From an uncultured Gemmatimonadaceae bacterium (GTDB taxonomy: Bacteria; Gemmatimonadota; Gemmatimonadetes; Gemmatimonadales; GWC2-71-9): a stretch of 44,696 nt of DNA. Where the stretch lies: contig CAZSPH010000002.1 in the NCBI GenBank assembly GCA_964608715.1, forward strand, positions 6,545 through 51,240, given 5' to 3'. This document shows positions 1 through 12,400 of the stretch, one piece after another. The notes beneath the pieces are model-generated. The model was not told the origin of the DNA and made no database searches. It saw only the letters and a program-made list of their open reading frames with translations. Each line of letters opens with the position of its first letter. Position 1 is the first letter of the stretch. The position numbers were made by a program, and so were the translations under genes.

Positions 1-570
1 CGCGGGTCGGCGGGATACGGCCGTGACTGGCGCACTGCCATCTATCGGCACATGGGTGGGCGTGATCTCGAGGATCACGTCGATGGCTCGAAGTACCTGA
101 CGTCGAAGTACGGCATCCACCCCGAGCGGATCGGGATCTATGGCGGCTCCTACGGCGGCTTCATCACGCTGATGGCACTGTTCACCAGGTCCGAGTACTT
201 CGGTGCCGGTGCGGCGCTCAGGTCGGTGACCGACTGGGCCCACTACAACCACGGCTACACGTCGCCGATCCTGAACCTCCCGCAGGAGGATACCACCGCC
301 TACCGGCGTTCCTCTCCGATCTTCTTTGCGGAAGGTCTGGAGGATCCACTGCTGATTGCCCACGGAATGGTCGATGTCAACGTCCACTTCCAGGACGTGG
401 TCCGGCTGGCGCAGCGCCTGATCGAACTCGGCAAGGATCGCTGGGAGATGGCGGTATACCCGGTAGAGGACCACGGGTTCGTCCGTCCGGATTCGTGGAC
501 CGACGAGTATCGCAGGATTCTCGAACTCTTCGACCGCTGGTTGCCGGACACCAGCAGGACTCGTGAGTAG
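1..570 (+). CDS. S9-family (prolyl oligopeptidase / dipeptidyl peptidase type) serine peptidase, C-terminal catalytic domain; 5'-truncated at window edge
   Basis: Frame 1 is open from nt 1 ([20 protein letters not shown]...). Nucleophile elbow GGSYGG, then HGMVDVNV (Asp) and VEDHGF (His), typical of S9 alpha/beta hydrolases. Confidence 0.85.
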   Translation, partial: RGSAGYGRDWRTAIYRHMGGRDLEDHVDGSKYLTSKYGIHPERIGIYGGSYGGFITLMALFTRSEYFGAGAALRSVTDWAHYNHGYTSPILNLPQEDTTAYRRSSPIFFAEGLEDPLLIAHGMVDVNVHFQDVVRLAQRLIELGKDRWEMAVYPVEDHGFVRPDSWTDEYRRILELFDRWLPDTSRTRE

Positions 571-1456
571 CAGCGACGGCGGTATCCGGGTCATCAAGGG
601 CGGGGTTGTCATCAACCTCACCCTTGCCCTCGGCAAGGCCGCTGCCGGCGTGTTCGGCAACTCCTCGGCACTGGTCGCCGATGCCGCCGAGTCCATCGGC
701 GACCTGCTCGCTTCGGCCGTGGTGTGGAGCGGTCTCAAGGTTTCGGCCCGCGCGGCTGATGAGGACCACCCCTATGGCCATGGCAAGGCGGAATCGCTTG
801 CCGCTGCCGCTGTAGGGCTGATGCTGCTGGTGGTGGCGGTGATGATCGTCGTCACCGCCGTCGAACAGTTGATGACTCCACACGATGCCCCGGCTGCCTG
901 GACCCTGGCGGTGCTGATAGTGGTGGTGGTGGTGAAGGAACTCTGGGCCAGACGGGTGATCAGGCTGGCCCGCGAGATCGGCAGCGGAGTGATCGAGGCA
1001 GATGCATGGCATCATCGCAGCGACGCGATCACCTCGGTTGCGGCATTCATCGGGATTACCGTTGCAGTCATCGGTGGACCGGGATGGGCCGGGGGCGATG
1101 AGCTGGCCGCCATTCTTGCTGCGGGGTTCATCGCGTTCACCGGCTGGAATGTGATCAGTCCGGCGCTGCACGAGTTGATGGATGGCGCGCCACCGAACGA
1201 ACTGCTGGACAAGGTTGCGGCAGCAGCACTGGCCGTTCCGGGCGTTCTGGCAATCGAGCCGCCGCGTGCCCGCAAGAACGGCACCCGCTTCCTGGTCGAC
1301 ATGCATGTGCAGGCCGATCCCGATCTGCGGCTCTTCGATGCGCACGAACTTGGACACCGGGTACAGGAAGCAGTCTGCCGGAAGGTTCCCGAGGTCGCCG
1401 CCGTCCTGGTGCACATGGAGCCTTTCGGAGACCGTTCCCGACGATCGGCGGGGTAG
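563..1456 (+). CDS. cation diffusion facilitator (CDF) family metal efflux transporter
   Basis: Hydrophobic N-terminal half with CDF-type motifs ([12 protein letters not shown]; [12 protein letters not shown]) and a C-terminal cytoplasmic domain ([14 protein letters not shown]). The GTG start overlaps the upstream stop. Confidence 0.85.
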   Translation: MSSSDGGIRVIKGGVVINLTLALGKAAAGVFGNSSALVADAAESIGDLLASAVVWSGLKVSARAADEDHPYGHGKAESLAAAAVGLMLLVVAVMIVVTAVEQLMTPHDAPAAWTLAVLIVVVVVKELWARRVIRLAREIGSGVIEADAWHHRSDAITSVAAFIGITVAVIGGPGWAGGDELAAILAAGFIAFTGWNVISPALHELMDGAPPNELLDKVAAAALAVPGVLAIEPPRARKNGTRFLVDMHVQADPDLRLFDAHELGHRVQEAVCRKVPEVAAVLVHMEPFGDRSRRSAG

Positions 1457-1459
1457 CCG

Positions 1460-2782
1460 GTGACCGACACGCTGGTAAGGAAGGTTGCGGATCGACTGGC
1501 GGAACTGGCGCCGGATGATGGTCCGGTGCTGCTCGCCATTTCGGGCGGAGCCGACTCGATTGCGATGCTCCATCTGCTGGCGGAGTCGACAACCGTTCCG
1601 CTGATCGCCGCTCATGTCGATCATGGAATCGATCCGGAGAGTGACCGGCCAATGGAACTGGTACGGGCTGCCGCCACGGAACTGGGACTGCCTTTCGAGG
1701 CGACGCACCTGCATCTGGGGCCGGCTGCCACCGAGACTGCTGCACGGGAAGCCCGGCGTGAAGCGCTGATCGACGTCGCCGATCGAGTCGGAGCATCGGT
1801 GATCGCCACTGCACATCATGCGGGTGATCAGGCGGAGACGGTACTGATGCGAGTGCTCCGGGGTACCGGGCCGGCCGGACTGGCCGGGATCCTGCCTCGA
1901 CATTGTCGCTGGATCAGGCCACTGCTCGATGTCGAACCTGAAGCGCTGCGATCCTTTCTCGCCGACCGTGGCATCCGCTGGTGGGAGGATCCGGCCAATC
2001 GCGATGCCAGGCATCTCAGGTCATGGCTTCGCTCTGACCTGATGCCGCAGCTCGAACGTCGCCTGCCCGATGTCGGCGACCGGCTCCGTGCGGTAGCCGA
2101 TCAGGCGGGAACGGCGCGGCGCGGCTGGGATCAGGTGCTCGAGCACCTGCAGGAACTGGAGATTGTGGCGATCTGGAGGGGAGTCGCCGTTTCGTTGGCC
2201 GGCCTTCGCAAGCTTCCCGAAGAACTGCGATGGCAGGTGATCGGGGCCCTGTTCAGGCGGGTCGGTGGCACCGGGATCTCACGGCCCCAAGCGGTTGCCC
2301 GTCTGATCGAAGGAGGACGAAGCGGCAGTTCAGTGGCAGCCGCTGATGATATCCAGGTATCAGTCGACCGCAATTGTCTGGTGCTGGTGCGGCTCGATGA
2401 GCAGCCCTGGGAGGACCAGCCGGTCGTTGGACCAGGGCGATGGGAACTCGGCCCGGTGGCAGTCTCCTGCCGTATTGGCGTGGTTCCGGCCGATCAGGCG
2501 CGTGATGGAGAGGCTGCGTGGCTTGCGTCGGGCTATTACGTTGCCCGTCGGTGGCAATCGGGCGATCGGATTCGTCCCCTTGGGGGAACCGGGAGTCGGC
2601 CGGTTGCCGTTCTGCTGAGAGAGCGGGGCGTATCGGCGGTCCTCCGGAGTCGGTGGCCGGTGGTGGTGCCAGCCGATCGGTCGGCAACCATTGTATGGGT
2701 GCCAGGCATCTGCCGCTCGGAGGAGAATGTGCTGGCTGCCGGAGAGGAGGGCTGGCGTCTCGATGCCGAGTGGCTGCGCTGA
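1460..2782 (+). CDS. tilS: tRNA(Ile)-lysidine synthetase
   Basis: PP-loop motif SGGADS near the N-terminus (LLAISGGADSIAMLHLL). About 440 aa. Sits in the conserved tilS-hpt-ftsH order. Confidence 0.9.
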   Translation: MTDTLVRKVADRLAELAPDDGPVLLAISGGADSIAMLHLLAESTTVPLIAAHVDHGIDPESDRPMELVRAAATELGLPFEATHLHLGPAATETAAREARREALIDVADRVGASVIATAHHAGDQAETVLMRVLRGTGPAGLAGILPRHCRWIRPLLDVEPEALRSFLADRGIRWWEDPANRDARHLRSWLRSDLMPQLERRLPDVGDRLRAVADQAGTARRGWDQVLEHLQELEIVAIWRGVAVSLAGLRKLPEELRWQVIGALFRRVGGTGISRPQAVARLIEGGRSGSSVAAADDIQVSVDRNCLVLVRLDEQPWEDQPVVGPGRWELGPVAVSCRIGVVPADQARDGEAAWLASGYYVARRWQSGDRIRPLGGTGSRPVAVLLRERGVSAVLRSRWPVVVPADRSATIVWVPGICRSEENVLAAGEEGWRLDAEWLR

Positions 2783-3312
2783 GGGCGGCAGGGCCGGTGG
2801 CCGGACCATCCGGGAGGTCTATCCTGCCGAGCTGATCGGCAGCAGGGTGGCCGAACTGGGTCGGGAGATCACGGCGGCATATCCCGACGGGGAACTGCTG
2901 GTCCTCGGTCTCCTGAAGGGAAGTTTCATCTTTCTCGGCGATCTGGTCCGCCAGGTCGACCGTCCTCTCCAGGTGGATTTCCTGGTTGCCAGTTCGTACG
3001 GGGCGGGAAAGGTGTCGAGCGGTGAGGTGAGGCTGCTCTACGAGCCTGATACCTCGCTGGCCGGAAAGCACATCCTGGTGGTGGAGGACATCATCGACAG
3101 CGGTCGGACGCTGTCCGCGATGCTCGAGTTGTTGAGGGCGAAGCAGCCTGCCAGTCTGGCGGCATGCGCCCTGCTGGACAAGCAGTTGCTGGTGGATCCC
3201 ATTCCCGAGGTGAAATGGGTCGGATTTGCCGCTCCCGGGCTCTTCCTCGTAGGCTACGGCCTCGATCACGCGGAGGAGCATCGACATCTACCGTTCATCG
3301 GTGACCTGATTG

Positions 3313-3320
<8 letters not shown>
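2763..3320 (+). CDS. hpt: hypoxanthine(-guanine) phosphoribosyltransferase
   Basis: PRPP-binding motif [15 protein letters not shown], and N-terminal [19 protein letters not shown] resembling Hpt. The listed ORF starts at 2691. ATG 2763 gives a typical ~185-aa protein; the start is uncertain. Confidence 0.88.
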
Positions 3321-5291
<1,971 letters not shown>

Positions 5292-5295
<4 letters not shown>

Positions 5296-6461
5296 TAGTC
5301 CTGCCGCTGTCTGCCGGCAGCAGCACGGGGGTACGGGACGCCCTCCTGGCCAGAGGCTGGGAGGGCGAACTTGCGGACCTGAGCGGCGGCGGGATGGAAC
5401 GGGCGGTGTTCGTCGCCGACCAGGTTCCGGATGCAACCATCGAGGCGATGGTCCCTCTCGCTGGCAGACTCGGCCTCGACCTCGTGACCGGGCCAGACTG
5501 GCTGCTGCTTTCCGGACCACGATCCCGCCTTGGTGCCTTCGCCCGGCCCTGGCTGCAACCCGAAGCGGTGCAGCAACTGGCAGTTGCTGTCGGAATGCGC
5601 CTGCCGGCAGAAGCAGCCCGCATCTGGCGCTGTCGGTCGCGGGAGATTCCGCTCGATCGACCGGTCATCGTCGGCGTGATCAACGCGACTCCCGATTCCT
5701 TCAGCCCCGCGAGCAGAGCAGGCAGCATCGAGGAAGCGGCCGCTGCCGCAGAGCGGCTGATCGTCGGAGGAGCGACGATGCTGGAAGTCGGCGGTGAATC
5801 GACCCGTCCGGGAGCCGACGTCGTCGGAGCCGATCAGGAACTGTCCCGCGTGGGCCCGATGATCGAGGCGCTGGTGCAGCGTTTTCCCGATATCCCTCTG
5901 ATAGTCGATACCGTTCGAAGCAGTACTGCAGCGGCGGCACTGGAACTCGGTGTCGTTGCCGTCAACGACGTTACCGCGGGACGGCACGATCCTGCCCTTA
6001 CCGGCACGGCGGCACGCGCTCGCGCCGGTCTGATTCTTTCCCACTCCCGCGGCGGACCGGGCAGCATTGCCTCCGACAGTCACATCCGTGAAGGTGAGGA
6101 CATCGTCACCGCAGTGGCAGGAGAACTGTGCCTCGCAGCAGATGATGCAATTTCCGCCGGCTGTGGTGCCGATACGCTGGTGATCGATCCGGGCTTCGGG
6201 TTCGGCAAGTCGCCGGCGCAGAACTTTGCGCTGCTCAGGGGAATCGATGCCCTGGTCGCAACCGGATACCCGGTGATGGCGGCACTGTCCCGCAAACGGT
6301 TCCTCGGCAATGCCACCGGTCGCGAAGTAGACGATCGCGATCGGGCCACCGCCGCCGCATCCGCTCTCGCGTACGCCGGCGGTGCGCGACTCTTCCGGGT
6401 GCATGATGCCGCAGCGGTCAGAGATGCGCTGGCGGTTGCCGCGGCGATGGAGGAAGGATGA
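5292..6461 (+). CDS. folP: dihydropteroate synthase with ~120-aa N-terminal extension
   Basis: DHPS signature [12 protein letters not shown] begins near residue 126, and the pterin-binding barrel continues to the C-terminus (GFGFGKS, SRKRF). The GTG start overlaps the ftsH stop (GTGA). Confidence 0.9.
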
Positions 6462-8773
6462 AGAACGAGGCCGCAGTCGAACGGATGCCGGTGCGTGCCG
6501 CTGCGATTGCAGCTCTGGCAGTACTGGCCGGTTATCTGATCACCCTCGCTCCGACGGTGACCTTCTGGGACGCCGGAGAACTGATTGCCGCAGCATACGA
6601 TCTCGGCATCCCGCATCCACCGGGAACGCCGCTCTACGTGATGCTCGGACACGTCTGGGGCAGCATCATCCCGTTCGGCAATCCGGCCTGGCGTCTCAAT
6701 CTTCTGAGCGCGGTATGCGGAGCGGTCGCGGCTGGATGCTGGTTCCTGGTTGCCCACAGCTTCTCGGTGCGGGTGTTTCGTGACGTGCCGGCGTGGCTTC
6801 ATTCTGCGGTGGGCGGCGCGGCGGCGGTGCTGGCCTCGTTCAACTTCACCACCTGGCAGAATGCGGTAGAAGCGGAGGTCTATGCCGTCGCGATGGTAAC
6901 CATCGCTCTGGCCTCCTGCACCGTGATGGCGTGGCGGAGCAGGAGGAGCGGAGCTGGCAGTGGCAGGCTGCTGCTGGTGCTCTTCTTCCTGGGGGCGATT
7001 TCTATCGGGAACCACCTCCTGGCACTGCTGGTCGGGCCTGCACTGATCGCGATGCTGGTCGCGGAGCATCTCACTGCGCCGCCGAGTGAATGGACCGATG
7101 GAGTCGTCGAAAGGTCGCGCATCCTTCTCCTCGCCACCGGCTGGCTGCTGATGATAGCTGTCGGACTCGGCAGCACGAGGCTGATGATTGCCACCGGGGC
7201 GCTCTTCGCCGCTGCTTCGGTCAATGCGCTGACCAGGCGCCAGGCCGGATTCCTGGCTACGGCATTGATCCTGATGGTGATCGGTGTCTCCACCTACGGC
7301 TTCCTGTACCTCCGGGCGCAGCAGGCGCCGTTCATCAACGAGGCCGATCCCTCCACCTGGCAGGCGCTGCTCGACGTGATCCGCCGGGCCCAGTACCCGA
7401 TCCGCACACCGCTCGACGATCCGACCATTCCTCACGGCGACGGCAATCCCGGTCGGACTCTCGCAATTCTCGGCTACCAGCTTGCCAACTACGCCCAGTA
7501 CTTCGACTGGCAGTGGGCCCGCAGCCTCGGCAACGGTGCCCTCACCGAAGGACCGCGACTCGCGATCACGATGGCAGCGGCCTGGCTTGGCCTGCGCGGT
7601 GCCGGCGTGCAATGGCGGCAGGACAGGTCAGGCTGGTGGTTCATGGCGACCTTCATCGCCGTGACCGGCATCGGACTGGTTCTCTACATGAACTTCAAGC
7701 CGGGCCCGTCGATCGGCTGGGACCGCTGGGGATCTCTCGGCCAGCACGAGGTGAGAGAGCGCGACTACTTCTTCGTCGCCTCCTTCGTCGGCTGGGCGGT
7801 GTGGATGGCGCTCGGACTTGGCTCGGTTGCCTCCCGCATGCTGGAACGGCCAAGTGGCGGAGTGGCCTGGGCGCGTGCGCTGATGGCTGCAGCGCTGCTG
7901 CCGTTCGTGCTGAACTTTGCCGATGCCTCGCGCCGCCATGGCGCCGATGCGACGCTGGCGCGCGACTTCTCCCGGGCACTGCTCAATTCGGTGCCGCCGG
8001 GAGGAATCCTGTTCACCTGGGGCGACAACGACACCTTCCCGCTCTGGCACGCCCAGGTGGTCGACGGAATCCGCCCGGACGTGATCATCGTCTGCCTGGC
8101 GCTGGCCGAAACCGAATGGTATCAGCGTCAGCTCCGTGAGCATCGTCCTTCGGCGGCCAATCCGGCTACACTGCCCGCCGTCTGGCGCGGCCATCCGGTT
8201 CCGGATCACCGGCTGCCGATCCACGGGCTCGATGATGCCACGATCTGGTCGCTCAGGCCTCAGCGGACCGAGCGCGACTACGAGCTTCCGCTGCCCGGTG
8301 GCGGAACGATGCAACTGCCTGCGGGAACGGTTCTCGCCCGCAAGGATCTGCTGATGCTGAGCGTGGTGCAGCAGAACGCTGGTGCCAGGCCGATTTCCTG
8401 GGCTCTCACCACTGCTCACAGGACCTTCGGTGCTCCCGTGGTCCAGCAGGGGATGACGATGACCATTCCCTACGGCGACGTGATCGACCCCGAAGCGCTC
8501 TACCTCGAGGACGATCGCATTCCTCCCATCGATATCGTCACGACCCGGCGGCTGATCGATGAGACCTGGGACTTCGGGGTACTGATGACCCGTGACGTTG
8601 CCGCACTCGATCCGACGATCCGGGCGATGGCTGCAACCATCGCGGCCCCATTCGCCCAGATCGGACTGGCGCTTGCCCAGGGGGGGGACATCAGTGGCAA
8701 CCGTTACCTCCGGCAGGCTGCTCACCTTCTTCCCGGACGATTCGAGCTGACGAGCCTGCTGCTCCGGCCCTGA
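6458..8773 (+). CDS. DUF2723-type polytopic membrane protein (GT-C fold, TMEM260-like putative glycosyl/mannosyltransferase)
   Basis: N-terminal signature TFWDAGELIAAAYDLGIPHPPGTPLY typical of DUF2723, ~10 predicted TM helices, and a large C-terminal soluble domain. ATGA overlap with folP. Confidence 0.75.
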   Translation: MKNEAAVERMPVRAAAIAALAVLAGYLITLAPTVTFWDAGELIAAAYDLGIPHPPGTPLYVMLGHVWGSIIPFGNPAWRLNLLSAVCGAVAAGCWFLVAHSFSVRVFRDVPAWLHSAVGGAAAVLASFNFTTWQNAVEAEVYAVAMVTIALASCTVMAWRSRRSGAGSGRLLLVLFFLGAISIGNHLLALLVGPALIAMLVAEHLTAPPSEWTDGVVERSRILLLATGWLLMIAVGLGSTRLMIATGALFAAASVNALTRRQAGFLATALILMVIGVSTYGFLYLRAQQAPFINEADPSTWQALLDVIRRAQYPIRTPLDDPTIPHGDGNPGRTLAILGYQLANYAQYFDWQWARSLGNGALTEGPRLAITMAAAWLGLRGAGVQWRQDRSGWWFMATFIAVTGIGLVLYMNFKPGPSIGWDRWGSLGQHEVRERDYFFVASFVGWAVWMALGLGSVASRMLERPSGGVAWARALMAAALLPFVLNFADASRRHGADATLARDFSRALLNSVPPGGILFTWGDNDTFPLWHAQVVDGIRPDVIIVCLALAETEWYQRQLREHRPSAANPATLPAVWRGHPVPDHRLPIHGLDDATIWSLRPQRTERDYELPLPGGGTMQLPAGTVLARKDLLMLSVVQQNAGARPISWALTTAHRTFGAPVVQQGMTMTIPYGDVIDPEALYLEDDRIPPIDIVTTRRLIDETWDFGVLMTRDVAALDPTIRAMAATIAAPFAQIGLALAQGGDISGNRYLRQAAHLLPGRFELTSLLLRP

Positions 8774-8780
8774 GCCACCA

Positions 8781-8801
8781 GCCCCGCTATATTTGAAGGC
8801 T
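8781..8801 (+). promoter_or_regulatory. 21-nt motif GCCCCGCTATATTTGAAGGCT containing TATATTTG (TAnnTTTG-like); candidate promoter
   Basis: AT-rich 8-mer in an otherwise GC-rich 28-nt intergenic gap, ending 6 nt before the yggS ATG. It recurs with 18/21 identity at 29203-29223 upstream of tRNA-Asp. Confidence 0.35.
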
Positions 8802-9485
8802 ATGTCTGAGCAGCAAGTTGCCGCCCGGATTGCCGCGGTACGGCAGGAGATCGCCTCCCGGCAGCAGGCAGCGGGATGGCGGCATCCGGTGAGACTGATA
8901 GCGGTCACCAAGACCTGCGGCCCATGGGCCGTGGCTGCTGCTGCGGCGGCAGGTGCCGATGGTGTCGGCGAGAACCGGGTTCAGGAGGCGCTGCCCAAGA
9001 TGGCAGACTCCGCCGGGGTGTCGGTCGACTGGCACTTCATTGGCAGCCTGCAGCAGAACAAGGTGCGCCAGATCGCCGGACGGTTTGCGCTGGTCCACTC
9101 GGTCGACCGGATCGGACTGGCAGAGGAGATCTCCCGTCGCACCCCGACCGGCATGGTGCAGGACGTGCTGCTGCAGGTCAACTGTTCCGGAGAGGCACAG
9201 AAGGGCGGGGTATCGCCCGGCGACCTGTTGCCGCTCCTGACCCGGATTGCGACTCTGGACCGGATCCGGGTGACAGGGCTGATGACGATGGCGGCATTCG
9301 GTGCCGATGAGCCGGAGCTGCGCCGAACCTTCGGTCTGCTGCGGGGGCTGCGTGACGAGGCGGGTGCTGCCGGCTTCCCGCTGGAGCATCTCTCGATGGG
9401 AATGTCGGACGACTACGCAGTGGCCGTCGAGGAAGGGGCAACGATGATCCGACTCGGCTCGGTGATTTTCGGAGAACGAGACTGA
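8802..9485 (+). CDS. yggS: YggS-family pyridoxal-phosphate homeostasis protein
   Basis: LIAVTKT (PLP lysine), HFIGSLQQNKVRQI, LSMGMSDDY and IRLGSVIFG. An alternative TTG start lies at 8793. Confidence 0.92.
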   Translation: MSEQQVAARIAAVRQEIASRQQAAGWRHPVRLIAVTKTCGPWAVAAAAAAGADGVGENRVQEALPKMADSAGVSVDWHFIGSLQQNKVRQIAGRFALVHSVDRIGLAEEISRRTPTGMVQDVLLQVNCSGEAQKGGVSPGDLLPLLTRIATLDRIRVTGLMTMAAFGADEPELRRTFGLLRGLRDEAGAAGFPLEHLSMGMSDDYAVAVEEGATMIRLGSVIFGERD

Positions 9486-9486
9486 A

Positions 9487-12400
9487 ATGGAAGACCGGAA
9501 GATGACAGGAAAGCCCCGCACCGGTTGGCCCCAGTGGCCCGACCGCGGACCGGACCGCATGGAACAGGACCTCCTCGCTACCTGGCGCGACGAGAAGCTG
9601 TTCGAGCAGGTCCAGGAAGCCGGCAGCGGGAAGCCGGGCTTCGTCTTCTTCGAAGGCCCTCCCACCGCCAATGGCCGCCCGGGCATTCATCACGTCTTCT
9701 CCCGGACGATCAAGGATCTGATCTGCCGCTACCAGGCGATGAACGGGAAGCGGGTCACCCGCATCGCCGGCTGGGACACTCACGGGCTCCCCGTTGAACT
9801 GGAAGTGGAGAAGCGCCTCGGCTTCGCAGGCAAGCAGGACATCGAGAAGTACGGTGTGGCGGAGTTCGCGAAGGCGTGCCTCGACAGCGTATTCACCTAC
9901 CGCGATGAGTGGGTGCAGCTCTCCGAGCGGATCGGTTACTGGCTGGACTACGATCGCGCCTATGTGACCTGCACCCGGGACTATGTCGAATCGGTGTGGT
10001 GGCTGCTCAAGCGGCTCCACCAGCGCGACATGCTCTACCGTGGTCATCGCGTGCTGCCGTACTGCCCGCGCTGCGGCACCGTGCTTTCCTCGCACGAACT
10101 GGCGCAGGGCTACGCCGATGTGCGCGATCGTTCGATCTACGTGACCTTCCCGCTCAGGGACGGCAGCGGCCGCGAGCTGGTGGTATGGACCACCACGCCG
10201 TGGACCCTGCCCAGCAATGTCGCGGTCGCGGTGAATCCGGGGATCGAGTATGCGGAGTTCGAGTCGCCGCTCCACCCGGGCCGCCGTTTCGTGATGGCGC
10301 TTTCGCGCGAAGCGAAAGCGATCGAACTGCTGGGTGAGGGCACGATAGCTGTCCGGAACTTCAGCGGCTCGGAATTGGTCGGAGCGGAGTATCACCGGCC
10401 GCTTCCTGTCGTGGATCTGCCAACCGACCGGAATGCCGAGATCGTGGTCGCCGGGTCGTTCGTCACCGCCGATGACGGCTCCGGTCTGGTGCACATGGCG
10501 CCTGCCTTCGGTGCCGACGACTATGCCGCCGGTCAGGAGTTCTGCCTGGCACTGCTTCGGCCGGTGGCGGCCGACGGCACCTTCGCGGGCACGAACTGGC
10601 CCGAGCTGGAAGGAAGACTGGTCACCGACGATGCCACCAACGAGCTGATCATCCGCCGTCTCAAGACCGACGGGCGGCATCTGAAGACCGAGGCATACGA
10701 CCACACCTATCCCCACTGCTGGCGCTGCCGGTCGAAGCTGATCTACTACGCTCGCGATTCGTGGTTCGTCCGGACCTCGGCGGTCAAGGAGCGGATGCTC
10801 GAGTTCAACTCGCAGATCGGCTGGCATCCGCCCGAGGTCGGCGCCGGACGCTTCGGCGAATGGCTTGGCAACAACGTCGACTGGGCGCTGTCGCGGGACC
10901 GCTACTGGGGTACGCCGCTGCCGATCTGGGTGAACGATCGCGATCCATCGCAGATCGAGGTGATCGGCTCGCTCGAGGAACTCCGGGAGAAGTCGGGATA
11001 CGTACCGGCGGACGATCTTGGCGTCCACAAGCCGTGGGTTGACGAGGTGACCTGGACGGCACCGGATGGCGGCACCATGCGTCGTGCCCCCGAGGTGATC
11101 GATACCTGGTTCGATTCGGGGGCGATGCCGTGGGCGCAGTGGCACTACCCGTTCGGCGATACGGGGCAGCTCGAGGGCCACTTCCCGGCCGACTACATCT
11201 GTGAAGGAATCGACCAGACGCGTGGCTGGTTCTATTCGCTGCTGGCGATCGGTACCACTGCGTTCGATGCGGCGCCCTACCGCAACGTGATCGTCAACGA
11301 GCTGGTTCTCGATGCATCCGGTCAGAAGATGTCCAAGAGCCGCGGCAACGTGGTCGATCCTTGGGCCCTGATCGAGCGTCATGGTGCCGATGCGGCACGT
11401 CTCTACCTGCTGATGTCGAGTCAGGTCTGGCTGCCTAAGCGTTTTGACGAACGGCAGATCGGCGAGGCCGTGGGCGGTTTCATCAACGCGCTGCGCAATG
11501 CCTGGCAGTTCTTCGCACTGTATGCGCCGGTCGACGACCCGGCTGCTACCGACGAAGTGAAGCTGGCCGACAGCGATCGCTGGATTCTGGGGCGACTCGA
11601 TGCCACGGTCGCAGCAGTGAGGGCTGGCTTCGACGGCTACGATGTAACGACCGGGCTTCGGGCCCTCAACGACTTCGTGATCGACGATCTTTCGAAGTGG
11701 TACATCCGCCTCAACCGCGACCGTTTCTGGGCCGCAGATTCCTCGGCTGATCCCGCCGCGGTGGCAACACTGCACGAGGTGCTGGTCGGCTGTGCCAGGA
11801 TGCTCGCGCCGGCCGCACCGTTCGTTGCCGACTGGCTGCACCGCGCACTTGCCGGGGCCCCGGTACATCTGGCCGATTTCCCGATCGACCGGGGCCGACT
11901 CGATGTCGCTGCCGATCGGGCGATGGATGCCGCCCGCCGCCTCTCCTCGCTGGGCCGCTCGGCCCGCGAGAATGCCAACCTGCGGGTACGTCTTCCACTG
12001 GCAACGATGAAGGTCGCGGTACCTGCAGCGATCCGGGGTGTCGAGTTCGATGCCGTTCTCGATCTCGTCAGGGCCGAGACCAACGTCAAGGCGATAGAAC
12101 TGGTGGAGTCTGATGCCGACCTCGTGCGGCTCAAGGGGAAGCCCAATTTCCGGACTCTCGGCAAGGTCTACGGTGCCGACGTGAAGATGGTCGCCGCTGC
12201 CACGGCGACACTGCCGGCCGACGCGCTGCGCGCCCTGGAGAGCGGTGTGCCGTACACCGCGGTGATCGCCGATCGGGAGATCATCTGGCAGCCGGAGGAT
12301 GTGACCGTCGAACGTGAGGTCGTCACCGACTGGGCAGTGGCCAGCGAGGGCGGGTTCGTGGTGGCTCTCGATCCGCATCTGACCGCCGAACTCGCAAGGG

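Noticed and set aside
920-934. (GTG)5 microsatellite
   Set aside because: It lies in frame within the CDF gene and encodes a VVVVV stretch of a TM helix. This is ordinary for a GC-rich membrane protein and not a regulatory repeat.
377-2014. 545-aa minus-strand ORF, plus the similar 5070-6404, 6080-7612, 7628-8911, 21474-23066, 23651-24964 and 29297-31012 minus ORFs
   Set aside because: All lie opposite well-supported + strand genes, have Arg/Pro/His/Gly-rich translations, and lack start-context or motif support.
7090-8139. 349-aa alternative-frame + strand ORF inside the DUF2723 gene
   Set aside because: It is an out-of-frame overlap with a membrane-protein frame that has a coherent TM pattern and family signature. 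The alternative product is Arg/Pro-rich junk.
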